Part shown: one piece after another, positions 27,401-40,018 of the stretch | How the letters are laid out: the number at the start of each line of letters is the position of its first letter | Position numbering within the stretch: position 1 is the first letter of the stretch | NCBI GenBank assembly: GCA_021613535.1 | Contig: CP075496.1 | Span: forward strand, 11,160,001 to 11,224,000 | Direction: 5' to 3' | From: Adineta vaga | Lineage: Eukaryota; Animalia; Rotifera | Length of the DNA stretch: 64,000 nt | Made by a program: the position numbers and the translations under genes | Notes under the pieces: generated by a model | The model's input: the letters and a program-made list of their open reading frames with translations, nothing else | Told to the model about the DNA's origin: nothing | Database searches by the model: none

Positions 27401-30039
27401 CGCTTCGTTTCGTTTGATTTAGCAATCGAATCAAAATAATAGCACCAATGGTTCAACAGTACATCATACGACTGCATTTGTTCGACAACCATCACCCGCA
27501 ACCCATTTTGAAACATCCACAATTGATCGTTCAGCAAAAAGTGGAACAGTAGAAAATTTCAATTCGAGTATGCAAAATGAACATGCCTGGGCAATCGAAC
27601 GAAAACGTGCAGGTGCTAAGTAAGTGATTAATTTCGTTTTTATTTTATATATATCTTGTACTTTTTTTTATAAAGAATTTGTGCAGTACGAGCTGATCGT
27701 AAAGGGCAAAATAATAAAGAACTAACAGTACGACGTGGTGAATTGATTGAAATTGAAAATAGTTCGAAGAAATGGTGGCGTGCTAGAAATTTTCATGGTG
27801 ATGTTGGTCATGTACCTCATAATATCGTTGAAGAAATTGAAATCGAACAACGCCCATCTGTATGTACAACTATTTCATTAACATTCTAACTTTCTTTTCA
27901 TTTTAATTTTATTCTGTAATAAAATACATGTTTTCTATTGATTTCTTTTTCAGAAAATTCCTTCTTCAAATTCGTCAGGTATAAATTCGAATCGTCCACT
28001 AACAAACACGAATAGTCGTTCACGTCATAACTGATCAAAATAATATTTAAAAAAGATTAAATGCCAAGCTTATCCTATTTCTTGACACTTCCTCACCTTT
28101 CTCTGCTTTTTTCTTGTTGTCATTGCATGTGTACTATACACTCACTTGTCAATTTTCATTATGTTTATTCGTACACATATGATGTGTGTGTATGTGTGTC
28201 GATGAGTGCATTTAAACTATTTGTATCTACTACGATTAGAAATCTCTAAGTAGATGTATAATAATGTCTTTGCTCAAATTACTCATACTAGGAAAAAGAG
28301 TAAAAACTTCTTCATACTCATTAGGTACACTCTCAACCTATTCATCTCAACATATCTTGCAATTATTTTCTTTGTATATAGCTATATGTTTTCCTTTTTC
28401 TTTTCTCATCATTTTATGGAAATTGATTGTTTTCTTTTTATCCATAGGAAAAGAAAGAAGCGAGACTTTGATTGTTATTGAGCATTTTTCGTCACTAGTA
28501 ATTAAATAATGTGGATTAGCATCTTAGAATGAAATATTGACGAGGATGAGTTACTCCTTTGGTCTGTATCGTAGATTTTTCATGTACAAAAAGTTTGAGT
28601 GTGTTTATTCGTCCATTTATTATTCTAGATTTTGTTGTTTTGTTGTTATATATATACATATATAAATTATTCTTTGCTTATTGATGTCTTCCCTTGTTTT
28701 CTTCTAAATTCGTCAAACGTTTTGTTTTGTTTTGTTTTACTCCTTCTTTTATGAAAATGTTAAATCAAAGAAATAAACCAAAATGAATAAGTGAGTGAAT
28801 AAGAAAGAATAAAATGCATATACACACATACACATGCACACATCCATCTGCTTCAAACTCTATTGCTAAGTGTTTTTAACACCTTTATATGCTTTATTTT
28901 CTGCACTATAGACAGAACCACGTCTCAAAAATAAAGGAAAAAAAATAACAATCTCTCTTTATATATACTTTAGTTTACATTCCACGTGTAACGAACGTCT
29001 CGTATGAAGGATCTAATGATGGTCTGCAAAGTCGTGATCGTAATGGAAATGATTATACACAATTTCTTTTGCGTTCACCATCTCATGGAAATAATTTTAT
29101 TATGCAATCAAATAATAGTTCAACTGCAAATCCAATATTCACAAATGATCATTTATTCCAACAAGCATTAACACCAACAACTTTATCTACAAGGGCACCA
29201 TCTCCACAATCGTTCATTCCACCACCACCACCACCAATACCAGAACAGTTTTTAACTATCCGGTCTAATCCATGGTCAACATTACAGTTGCCAAAAAGTA
29301 ATAGTAGGACACGGCCACGTTTAGATATCGATCTTTGTAAGTATCAGTAACATGAAAATAACTTATTTCCTTACTAAGTCGATATGTTTTTGTACTTGTC
29401 AGCTGCTTCACAAGTGGATGAACTTCAGCGCGAATTAGCTGAACGGATTACAGATCGAGTTGGTTTTATCAGTCAAAATTCATCAGCCGATGATGTTCAA
29501 CGATGGTTAGCATCAAAAACAATATCCAAACAGTAAATATTTCTTTTCTATTTAATATAAATAAAATGAAATATTTATTTCAAGACTTGCTCAAAGATTA
29601 TATGGTATGAATGGAAAACAATTATTTGAATTACCAAAACACACTCTTGATACATATACAAATGAAACTGAATCTGCACGAATTTATGCACTATTGTCAC
29701 AACACAAACAATTAGCTGGTGTAAGAGCATTCTGAATATTTATATCCACTACATAGTCTCATTTATTTTTGTAGTTTCAAACTGCAGACAAATCTGAACG
29801 ATCGCATACATTTAATAGTACTATCTTTGGTTCTCTTAAAGCAAGTACAATGAAAGATGCTGATGGTAAAATTTTGTTTATTTTCTTGTTTAATTTTATT
29901 AAATATGAATTCAAATCTATTTCTAGATAGTTTTTCGTTTCGAGGAGATGACACATTGAATCGTTCGTTAAGAATCAAATTAAAACAACGGCGTGACAAG
30001 ATTGAACAGGCTGAACCACTTGACCAACTTGTAGCATAA
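24412..30039 (+). CDS. EPS8: EPS8 family adaptor (PTB-like, EGFR-binding region, SH3, proline-rich, C-terminal SAM-like effector), with alternative first exons 24412-24460 and 25305-25395
   Basis: ELNKCFDDIELFV, KFKHSFNLLGEL...PNTPELVHYLL, LGPAW, SH3 NNKELTVRRGELIEI...KKWWRARNFHGDVGHVPHNI. Exon phases are consistent. Confidence 0.88.
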
Positions 30040-30548
30040 AATATTTGTCTTTATTTTTCTGTGTTTCGTATTGAAGTCTATTTTTTAAAATAAGTATAAA
30101 CAGACAAATTAGTTTTTTCTATGAATATCAAAATCATCGTCTTTCTTTTCGCTCTATTTCGCATATTATTTCACAAACTTTTTACATTGTGAAATCTATT
30201 GCAATATATATGGTTTAGATAAATGTGTGAATAGAACTTTAACCATGTTGCCACCCACACCCTCAAGATGATACGATAGATTATAATAAAAGACGTTTGT
30301 TATTGACGTTTAGGGTGGATGTGAGTAATATGTTTTCATATCAATCCCACTCTCACTTTCATTTACTCACTAATTGTTTCGAATATTCAAAGTCTTAACA
30401 TTTTGATATTTCAAATTGTTTTTCTTTGACATTTTTCCTTTCGACCTTAGTTGGGAGAATCGAAAAATTCTAAGATCTATTCAATTCGTGCTGCCACATA
30501 CGGATAAAACTAGTCGATATTGTTTGATATATTTCGGTTAACCAGCAA

Positions 30549-31237
30549 ACGAACAAGATATCGATCGCACTCATACTAACCTTAACATTTATATGCGTCA
30601 TTCAAAATTCACCTGTTCTTGAACTGAATGACGTGAATGATGAAAGTCAATCATGTATTTTACCGATCGAACGTGTGAATGTTGCTGAAGGTCAATTAAG
30701 TCAAGAAGCATTCATCAATGAACAATATCCAGAATTTAAACAAATGATGTTTAAGATAATGTTATCGAACGCGTCGAAATTGGTGACTGTTGCTTTAATA
30801 ATCGTTTTAATAAACCACGTGAAAAACACACATAAACCATTATTCTCGTTGATCATGATTTGTTAAATAATCAACAATTTGTTCTAACAGCAGATCATGT
30901 GATGAAATTTGAACAAGTTTTAATAGATATCAATAAAAACCTATGGATTGTTTATTTTTATTTAAAAAAAATCTCAAAATATGTTGTTCAATGTAAACTC
31001 TTATCTAATAATGAATATAGTGCAATCATTTTTGAAGTGATTCCGTTTCATATAGCTGAACTTAAAACGCAAAGATCCAAACTTATTATTTATGTTCTTT
31101 GTCCATTCCCCAATGTGGTTTATTCCACAATTCGATGTTATGAAACTTATGAAAGTGGTAAGACTATATTTGTTATATATGAGATGAGGATTGTTCTTAT
31201 TGAATACGCAGATGAAAACATAAGAAAATTTGTGTAA
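30549..31237 (+). pseudogene. Degraded remnant of a probably secreted protein of unknown family
   Basis: Signal-peptide-like (T)NKISIALILTLTFICVIQNSP begins at ACG (possible lost ATG). Coding-like text continues through frame switches and in-frame TAA stops. Confidence 0.4.
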
Positions 31238-31530
31238 AATTCACAGTTTATTAGTATATGTTTTTACCTTCTTTAGAAACAACATACATTCATAACTTTC
31301 AATATAAAATTTTTATTGAAACATGAGATCAGCTAATACTACTTATTACAATTTGCTGCTGAAAACAATGAAATGACGACATCAAACAAGCAAACTAAAT
31401 TAGACAATCAACTTGCAATATGTATAAATTTGGATTTTACATTCAATTTTATTTTTCGAAATAAGAATACAATTGAAATATGAACTATTCTCTATGAAAA
31501 TCAAAATAACAATCTTTTTCGATTCTTCGA

Positions 31531-32713
31531 CTATGGAGAACGAATTGTTGGAATTTTTCCTTTTACATAACGTATAACAAATAAGATGATGCGAATAACA
31601 AATAATACACAACATAGAATTAATAAGGCTAATGTAAAAGATTTATTTCTATCAGGAATATCGGTTCGTTGATAATTTTTTGATAGAACACCAGTTAGAG
31701 CAAATATCAGGACAAACCATGGTAAGAATGTGTACGCCATAGCAGAATAAAAAATGAAATTTTCACTCACAAAATAAACTATAATTCCAACTAGAACAAG
31801 ACTTAATGTAGCTGTTGATGCATCAGTAATTGATTGAGCATTTCTATCATAGATTCGAGACACCCATATAGTTAAATTGAGTAACATTGCAAGAAATAAC
31901 CATGTACCGTAAACAGCAAAACCATTATGAACAAATATACGTACAAGCCATATATCTGCCTTACTTAAAATTCGAAAAGAAATTAAACTATTCGAAAGGA
32001 AATTACACGAAACTTACCGATGAGAATTAATATAGATCGTTCGATTACGTTGAAGAAGAATATGTGTAATAATCATTGGAATTATAACCGTAACAAACAT
32101 CAAGAAAATAACTAATAAAGCCCACTAAACAAAAAAACAAAACTGGATAAATTACAAAGATTTAGGTTTTCTTTCACTTACACCAAAATATGCTCGATCC
32201 CAAATAATAAGCCATCCAATATTTAGTCCCATATTTATTATGTAGAATATGAAGATTGTAAAATGAAGTGTATTTGGTGCAATATATAGATAACCGGCAT
32301 TGGATTTTCGAGGTATACGACTCAGAGCATAGATGAGCCATGCTGCTTGCCAGAAATAAATGACACCCCAGACAGCAAATGTCCAACCTTAGATAAAACA
32401 AAATAAAAAATGATTTTCCGTTTTAAACGACTAATAAACTTACCAGCTGGTGTAAAATCTGTAAGATTATCATCACTGATTTTACCCGTTTGTTGATTAA
32501 AAATGCCTAGAAAGAATATTGTTTTATAATAACTATTTTTCATAACTAACGCATATTCATACCGTTTGGACCAGAACTTGCTAAACCATTAAAAACACAA
32601 GTGACAATGAAAGCAACAACAGCACATATAATTAATAAAATACGCCACCAACAATGTTGAAAACGTACATGTACATCCATTGTAAGATTATCTTTGACTG
32701 GTCCTCGTTCCAT
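31531..32713 (-). CDS. Uncharacterised multipass membrane protein (TPAGWTFxxWGxIY family, distantly TspO/tryptophan-rich-sensory-like)
   Basis: Spliced translation includes DFTPAG|WTFAVWGVIYFWQAAWLIY, NIGWLIIWD, VHNGFAVYGTW and about 8 hydrophobic helices. Confidence 0.75.
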
Positions 32714-33188
32714 TTGAACTAATGAATTCAATGCATCTATCAAAGTACATTTACTCAAGATAACTTACTTTATTCAATGAAGGTAAATTTGACAGCGAAG
32801 TTGATGTTAGTTAATCTGTGCTTTTCTTATTTGACGTGTCTCAGTATACACGCATGTATTTATATACGTGCGGCGATGTCTTACATAATCGATGTCACCA
32901 AGGTAAGAGAACAGCGGAGTTTTGAGTTCTTTCGTATTTTTTCATATCTACAATCATTGTAGCAGTGATTATATAAGTTTACTCGACATAGAGATGAAGA
33001 ATGTTTCATCGAAGGACTTTGCAAGATGAAGCAAAGAACAGAAAGAAGAAATGGAGTACAGCGACAAATTTACTCTGAGTACATAGTCTTGTCAGAGGAA
33101 ATGGCAGGCAACGAACATGGTTTGAGGAAAAAAATTGTTTGAAAACATCACAATCGAAAAATAAAACGTTTATTTTAACTGAATAGAA

Positions 33189-34289
33189 ATGTATCAATAT
33201 TTAATTAATAGAAGACTTTTTGAACATAATAGCATTTTAAAAAAATATCATTTACGATTACATTCTTTTAATCGATATCTAAAACGTCGAAATATTCTTT
33301 GTATTCTATGTCTATTGTCATTGGTTCATCTGGTTAGAACTTGGGGTGAGTGTTTTTATATCGATTAAAATTTTTAAAAAAAAGAAGAAATTTCGTTTTT
33401 TTCGATTTAATTTTGATTAGGTAATCGAATAAGTTTTGGACAGTATACATATGTCTTTGGAAGAGAAACAATACTTGAAAGACGTACATCACGTTTTCAT
33501 AATATTACAATCGCTCAGTCAGGTTCGTTACGAATGTTACGATTTGATATGTACGGTGTTGAAAGTATCATTCATGTTGAAAAACCATACGTTATTCTAG
33601 CTGATTATATCCGTTTACAATTGCTTTGTCTTTTATGGAATCTTGAACCTGAACGTATTCTAATTGTTGGTTTAGGTGCTGGTGTACTTCCTCGAGTATT
33701 TCATTATCTTTCACCAAGTACAATCATTGATATAGTTGATATTGATGCGGAAGTAATCGATGTAGCACGAAAATATTTTGATTTCATAGAAAATAATATG
33801 ACACGAGTATACACTGAAGATGGAAGACATTTTATTGAGCGACAAACATCAAATCAATACGATATGATTATAATCGATGCAAATACAGTTAATGGTCATA
33901 TTCCACATGTTTTACGAACGCTTGAATGTCTTGGAGAATATCTACGTATTTTGAAATCAAATGGTCTTATTCTAGTTAATTATCCATATGAACAAGAAAG
34001 TCGTTATAGAGAAACCTATTCACGTGCATCTTTCAAATATATTTATCGAGGAGAATTACCAAATAATTATGTTCTTATTGGACTTAATGAAGATGCAAAA
34101 GTTTTTATTTTGGATGAATTGAGAATTAGAGCAGGAGCTTTACAACATAGTAGGCCTTTACCCGAAATGAATTGGATAGAAGAAGTTAAATATATTCATA
34201 ATGGAAATGAAGATCAATGGAATAGATCAGCCACGATCTTCACTGATAAATTTCATGAAGAATTCATTGGTACATCCGAAAAAAATTAA
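33189..34289 (+). CDS. Bacterial-type spermidine-synthase-like class I SAM-dependent methyltransferase with an N-terminal membrane anchor (2 exons: 33189-33345, 33421-34289)
   Basis: PERILIVGLGAGVLP, IDIVDIDAEVIDVARKYF, EDGRHF, YDMIIIDA, IPHVLRTLE, LKSNGLILVN. Exon 1 ends KRRNILCILCLLSLVHLVRTW. Confidence 0.8.
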
Positions 34290-34897
34290 ATTTTAATAAT
34301 GATCATTAAATAAACATATAAACAAATCATATTATATATCAACTATCTTTATCAAACTGTCAGTAAATATTTTTAGGGATGAAATAGTTAGATTAAAGAA
34401 TTATCGGAAATTCATCTAGTTTTCAATTAGCATTTGTAAGAGTTTTATTCTCAAGAATAATTTCTTCCAAAATATTGTCAATAATAACGAGAAAAATAAT
34501 TTTATATAGATTCCTCTTTAAGATATTAAAATCCTCATTTTCAACTTGATTCAACATTTTGTGTCACCCATATTACGTAGGCACGGTGTTCTTTTCTCTC
34601 CCTTGATCAAACTTGCCGAGTGATAATGTATTTCATCATTTTCTTTTTATTGGGAGAAAAAAGAAAAAAATCCGAATGACTATCGTTGATTTTATACGCC
34701 ATTATAGTTACAAAAGAAAGAGCGTCAAGTATAAACCAATTCATTAGTAAACAACTTTTTTTTTCTCTTTCTTTCCCTTCTTATGTACATGTACATATAT
34801 ATATATATGTATACCCATATATCGATATAATATAGGTATTCTTTTCTCATTTTAGTTTGAATCTCATCTATAGATCGATAAACGAATCTAAAAAACC

Positions 34898-35454
34898 ATG
34901 GTTATTACAATTGACAAACTCGATGAATTACAAAAACAATTGGATGATGAGAGTAATAAAGATAAATTAATTGTTTTAGATTTTTTTGCTACGTATGTGA
35001 ATTAATCTTTTTTGATGTAGATATTTGTATGTATTGATTTTGTTTCAGATGGTGTGGTCCATGTCTTCGTATTGCACCGAAAATTAACGATTGGAGTACT
35101 GGTGATTTCAAAGACGATGTCGTTTTTCTTAAATCTGATGTTGATGAAGCTGAAGATGTAGCAAAAAAGTACGATGTTGAAGCTATGCCAACATTTGTAT
35201 TTTTCAAAAATGGAAAAGAAATTGATCGAGTTGTTGGTGCAAACATCGACAATTTGAAAACGAATATTGAAAAGTATACGAAAAAGGGTAGCGAAGAAAA
35301 AACGGAAAAGAAGACTGAAGAAAAACCAGAAAAGAAAACTGAAGAAAAAACAGAAAAGAAGACTGAAGAAGCAACAGAAAAGAAGACTGAAGAAACAACG
35401 GAAAAGAAAACTGAAGAAAAAACTGAAGAGAAGACTGACAAAGATAAGGAATAG
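34898..35454 (+). CDS. TXN: Thioredoxin with a charged repetitive C-terminal tail
   Basis: LIVLDFFAT|WCGPC, DVDE, AMPTFVFFKNG, VVGAN. One intron 34993-35048. Confidence 0.92.
35293..35436 (+). repeat. Coding minisatellite, 6 x 24 nt, encoding EEKTEKKT variants
   Basis: Direct reading: EEKTEKKT EEKPEKKT EEKTEKKT EEATEKKT EETTEKKT EEKTEEKT. Confidence 0.9.
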
Positions 35455-36240
35455 AACTGATCGATATGAACGTGAAGATTATATAATAACGACAAAAATG
35501 ACATTTCTCTTCTTCTTTTTTTGCTTTAATAAGCGATTTCATTTAATAAGTTTTTGTTTGATATTCGATTACTTGATGATTTCGCAGAATATAGGAAACG
35601 TGCTATTCAAAAATAAATAAAAACGAATTTTATGATATACTAGTTTCTGTCATAAATTTCTACGATTAAACAAATATTTCAAGCTATTGATCATTCGAGT
35701 ACATATTATTTTCTTTTAGAACGTTATTTATCTCAATGACATTCATTATATTTAGGTTTGTAACGTTACAATCATAAATCTGTCTATTGTTTCTAATGAA
35801 ATCGCTTGATTTATTTCAGAAATATATACGTTCGTTCATGAATAAGTGTTCTATGAATCATATTGTACGTAAGTAGATGAGTAATAAACGTCTAAGGTTG
35901 ACCTTTATATAAAGAAAAAACATTTTTTTTCACATTGATAAATTCCGATCAAATAGTGGCATAAATATTCGTCATCCTGTGAAGTATGCTCTTATAACTA
36001 TTGACACTATTCTTGAAATTCTAACACATCATTTTGATTTATTTCTTTTTCTATCATAGTCATTTCTTACTTGAGATAAATTTTACAAAAGATATTTAAT
36101 GTATCTATATATGTATATATATATGTATATCGTATTTGTGACTTTAAAAAAAAGAACAAAAGAAAAACGAACAATAAAATAATAAATATGTACATACAAC
36201 CATATACAACAGAGAAAAAAGATTTGTTCTTTTCATTTTA

Positions 36241-37352
36241 TTAAGATCGATTATCTCGACAATTGGGACAAAACCATTTTCCTTTTGGTTTCGTTGTTAA
36301 ATTCACACAATTAAAATGAAACCATTTGATTTCACACGCTTTACTATCGCATAAAATCATGGATCCATAGGAAAGCTAAAATACAAGAAACATATCATTA
36401 GTTTTATTTGAAATAAAAATAGAGTCAATTACTTGAGAACAAAGACAGTAAGTCGGTTCATCAGATGGTGTCGATGATGATTCATTATTTAATTTGAATT
36501 TTTTATTATTTCCACTCGTTGTATTTTGTGTATTGGAATTTGCATTTCTCTGAGTGGTTTTCTTTCTATCACGTTGATCATTATTATGTTCAGTATTGTT
36601 AACACATTTTCTTTTTAAATTAATCGTTGATGTTGATGGATTATTTGTTGTTGTTTTACGTTTCCATAATGATGTTGTCGACGTTTTCGTTGATAATGAA
36701 CGAACATTTGACATTTCGGAATCATACTCATTGTCAGAATCGAGATCATTAGAATTATTCTCTGATGATGTTGACTGTTGATTGATTGATTCGACTATAC
36801 AAAGAGAAAAAAAATCGAAGTTAACTAAGAATTAGTTTACAGAAGAATCTCTTACTATATTTTTGATAAGCAAATTTCAATTTTTTTGACTGTCGTTCAG
36901 TTGTATCAAGCATTTGTTGACTTAATTGCATCTTTTTATCACCTATTGATTTTGCTTGAACTAATGTATTTATCAATCGTGTTTGAATATCTGATTGTGT
37001 TTGCTGAAATGATGAATAGTATGTTTTTAATACATATCATTGTCGAGAAGAAAAAATACACTAATATTTACCGATTCTTGTTGTTTATCTCGAAGATCAT
37101 TGACAAGTTCTCGAACACGTTTATAACAGTCTATATAGAATTTAGATAACAGATCATTAAGATATCGATTAGAAAGAGAATAGACATACTTTGAAGATAA
37201 AGATCAAGCTGTCGGATTTGAGATAATTCGTTTAAATCGATTCCATTTTCTTGATAGTCGACAAATTGTCGCATATATTCATAAACAGCTGCTTCATTAT
37301 TTGATATATTCGGCTGATTAATTGTTGAGGGTGTAGTTGTTGAAGAAGCCAT
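36241..37352 (-). CDS. ING1: Inhibitor of growth (ING1/2-like) PHD finger protein
   Basis: N-terminal ING helical domain (ELSQIRQLD), basic [13 protein letters not shown]|[39 protein letters not shown]. Confidence 0.88.
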
Positions 37353-38761
37353 TGAGAAACAAGATTATCTACAAATAACAATGATTTTTTTCACTTTCCT
37401 TTATTAGATAAAATTCCAAAATGTAGCAGCAGAAAACGTTTTCTAACGTAGGATAGAATGTCGAAATGCGTTGCGTAAGTAGTTATACTAAAGTATAGCA
37501 TTGTTTGTGTTGTCCGTCTATTCTATTCTACTGAACAAATAATACTCAGCAATGCTTCAACAACGAATCAAAAACAAGAGTAGAGGATTGATTATTGCAA
37601 TATGATTGGTTGTTTTTTTCCGAAAGTGACATGATGTCAGTCATCAAAATTTGTCATAAAATTGGAAAAAACAGGAAGAATCACAATGAGTATTCGTAAA
37701 CATTGAAAAATATCGACAAATAAGCAAAGAAGAAATTGAAGGAGAAGTGAATGTAATTTTAATTTATTCTTTGATTAAATTTCTTTGTGACGTGTAAAAT
37801 CTAATGTCGGTGAAAATGAAGCGTATGCATGTGAATAATCTCGATACTACAGATGATTTTCTAAACTGATCATACAATAACTATCAACCTGAGTACGTTG
37901 ATTGACATACAATTGTTAGGATTTGGATATTTTGAAAATGTTGTCTTGAGTACGGTTGAGCATTGTCCGACACTCATGACGTCTGTAAAAGTGAGTTTAA
38001 TCTCGTATTTTATGATATTAATATAAATTCGATGTGTTAATTATATTCAAACAAATTTTATTGAAAACTTTCATGTTTTAATAAATAGCGAATACCATGA
38101 AAGCATTTCGATATTTTACTACCACGAATGATAGCTCGTATAAAGATGATATAGAGAAGCAAATGCAGTGAATCATTTCAATTGATTCATTGAGAAAGCC
38201 GATGTGCTTTTGTTTCTGAAAACGAAATATATTCTTTATCGGAAGATTAATAACCAACTAATACTTTAATTATTCATAGTTCAATAATATTTAAACTATG
38301 CGTTTATGGTATATATATAAGAATGTGATCGCTTATCGCATATGTATGGCGTTTTTAAAGGACTACATTTATAAATCGATATCACAGCAATATATTATTT
38401 TTTTTTTTGAAAAACATATTGAAAATTTAGCTTGAACAAATTATACTATAGGACGGATATTCTGATTGTAGAGTCACAATCTGATATGTGGCCACTCGAT
38501 CTTTCGACTGTACGATCGATATTTTTTCTTATCTCTCGGTTTTACTATAAGAGATTGAAATAGTTTGCAATAAATATCTATTTTGTAAAACGATCGTATT
38601 TCTCATGATCCATGCAATTCAAACGTGCATATCTGAAATCCCCTCCTATGTATCACTCGAATTGTCACAACTAATCGTTTGGTTGCAATTATTCCACACT
38701 ACTTTAAAGAATTTTCACTATCTTTAAAATAAAAAACGACTCTGTAAGCAAAGAGTACAAC

Positions 38762-39025
38762 ATGAAAACTTCTACACTTCGTGCATTAATCAAATCTTTT
38801 TGTACTCTTTTTTTTCGAATAAAAAAAGATCCAACTCAGCGACCAACACATTATGAAACTATTCTTGCATCATCAGCAATTCAAAATCTACCTACAGAAA
38901 TAAACGATGGACAAACCGGAACGGTAAAACATACTATCGAACAAATACCCAATACACCGGATTATTATATATTCACAAGAATATTTTCTCTTTTTATAAC
39001 CTATTATTTTAATAAAGAAAAATGA
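38762..39025 (+). CDS. Possible small orphan protein (87 aa)
   Basis: Isolated ORF with a reasonable AACATG context and balanced composition. No recognisable domain. Confidence 0.3.
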   Translation: MKTSTLRALIKSFCTLFFRIKKDPTQRPTHYETILASSAIQNLPTEINDGQTGTVKHTIEQIPNTPDYYIFTRIFSLFITYYFNKEK

Positions 39026-40018
39026 TCATATTACTTCTAGCGACATCTGTCTTCTTTTAAAAAGATTTTATTGGTATGTATAGAATCCGATATAGAATAC
39101 CCAATGTTTTGTTTTCCATGCATAGATTTGTTTGTTCGTTTGTGCGATACGTATTGTCAGTAGACGACTGTCTGCTTTCGTCGATAATATATTTTCTTCT
39201 TTTCTTTTCCTTTTTTTTCATACGACCATTGAATTAGTAACACAAGCGAAGTACTTTTTCTCTTGTTTTATGCTTTCATCTTTATTTTTCATATATTATC
39301 GTTGTTTTTCTCCTTGAACTTACTTTTCCATAGATCTCAAAGTTTACTCAGAAAACTAATCGACCATTACTTTCTCTTAGTTAGTATCCATCTCTGATGA
39401 AAATCATCTAATCAAATGAAGATATGTAAGAATGATTATTTTTTCCTTTCTTTTTCTATACAACGACGAGTGCATCCAGTAGACGCATTTACAAACGCTC
39501 TTAGTTATATAAGAACAGCTGAATAATTTAACGAGAGAACAAAAGTAGAAGTTTTTTTTTCTAAATCGTAAATTTACATCTGCCTAATCTATATTTTCTC
39601 TTCAATTGGAATTTACACCCTTTTCTAATTAAATTTAATAATGGGTACACATGAGAATGAGAAAATAAGTAATGCCTTTTTTCACACAGGTGTAAACAAC
39701 GTACAATTAACGCTTATAATATCAATATAATTTCTTTGGCCATGTATACGACAGGTATTCTATTCATTGGTTTGATTTGCTATGTATTGAATGAAGTTAG
39801 TTTTTTTTCTTGTTTTTCGAAATAAAATGTATTTAATGGAGGTGTTTTTTCACATATTATGTGAAAATCCATGGATACCGATGAAAGGAGAAAAATCATA
39901 ACAATTGGTGCCTGTGTGCTTTCGCTTTTTCTTTGATCATCAGATAATATTAGTTTTAAAATATAAGATTTTCTTTTATTTTAGAATCGTTTTGTTTATC
40001 TTTTATTAAGTTAATAAA

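Noticed and set aside
30251-30266. CCCACACCCTCA resembling bdelloid telomeric hexamers
   Set aside because: Only two units, with no array and no associated retroelement.
34989-35620. Antisense and shifted-frame ORFs over thioredoxin (SSVFF repeats, poly-basic ORF)
   Set aside because: These are shadows of the stop-free 24-nt coding repeat.
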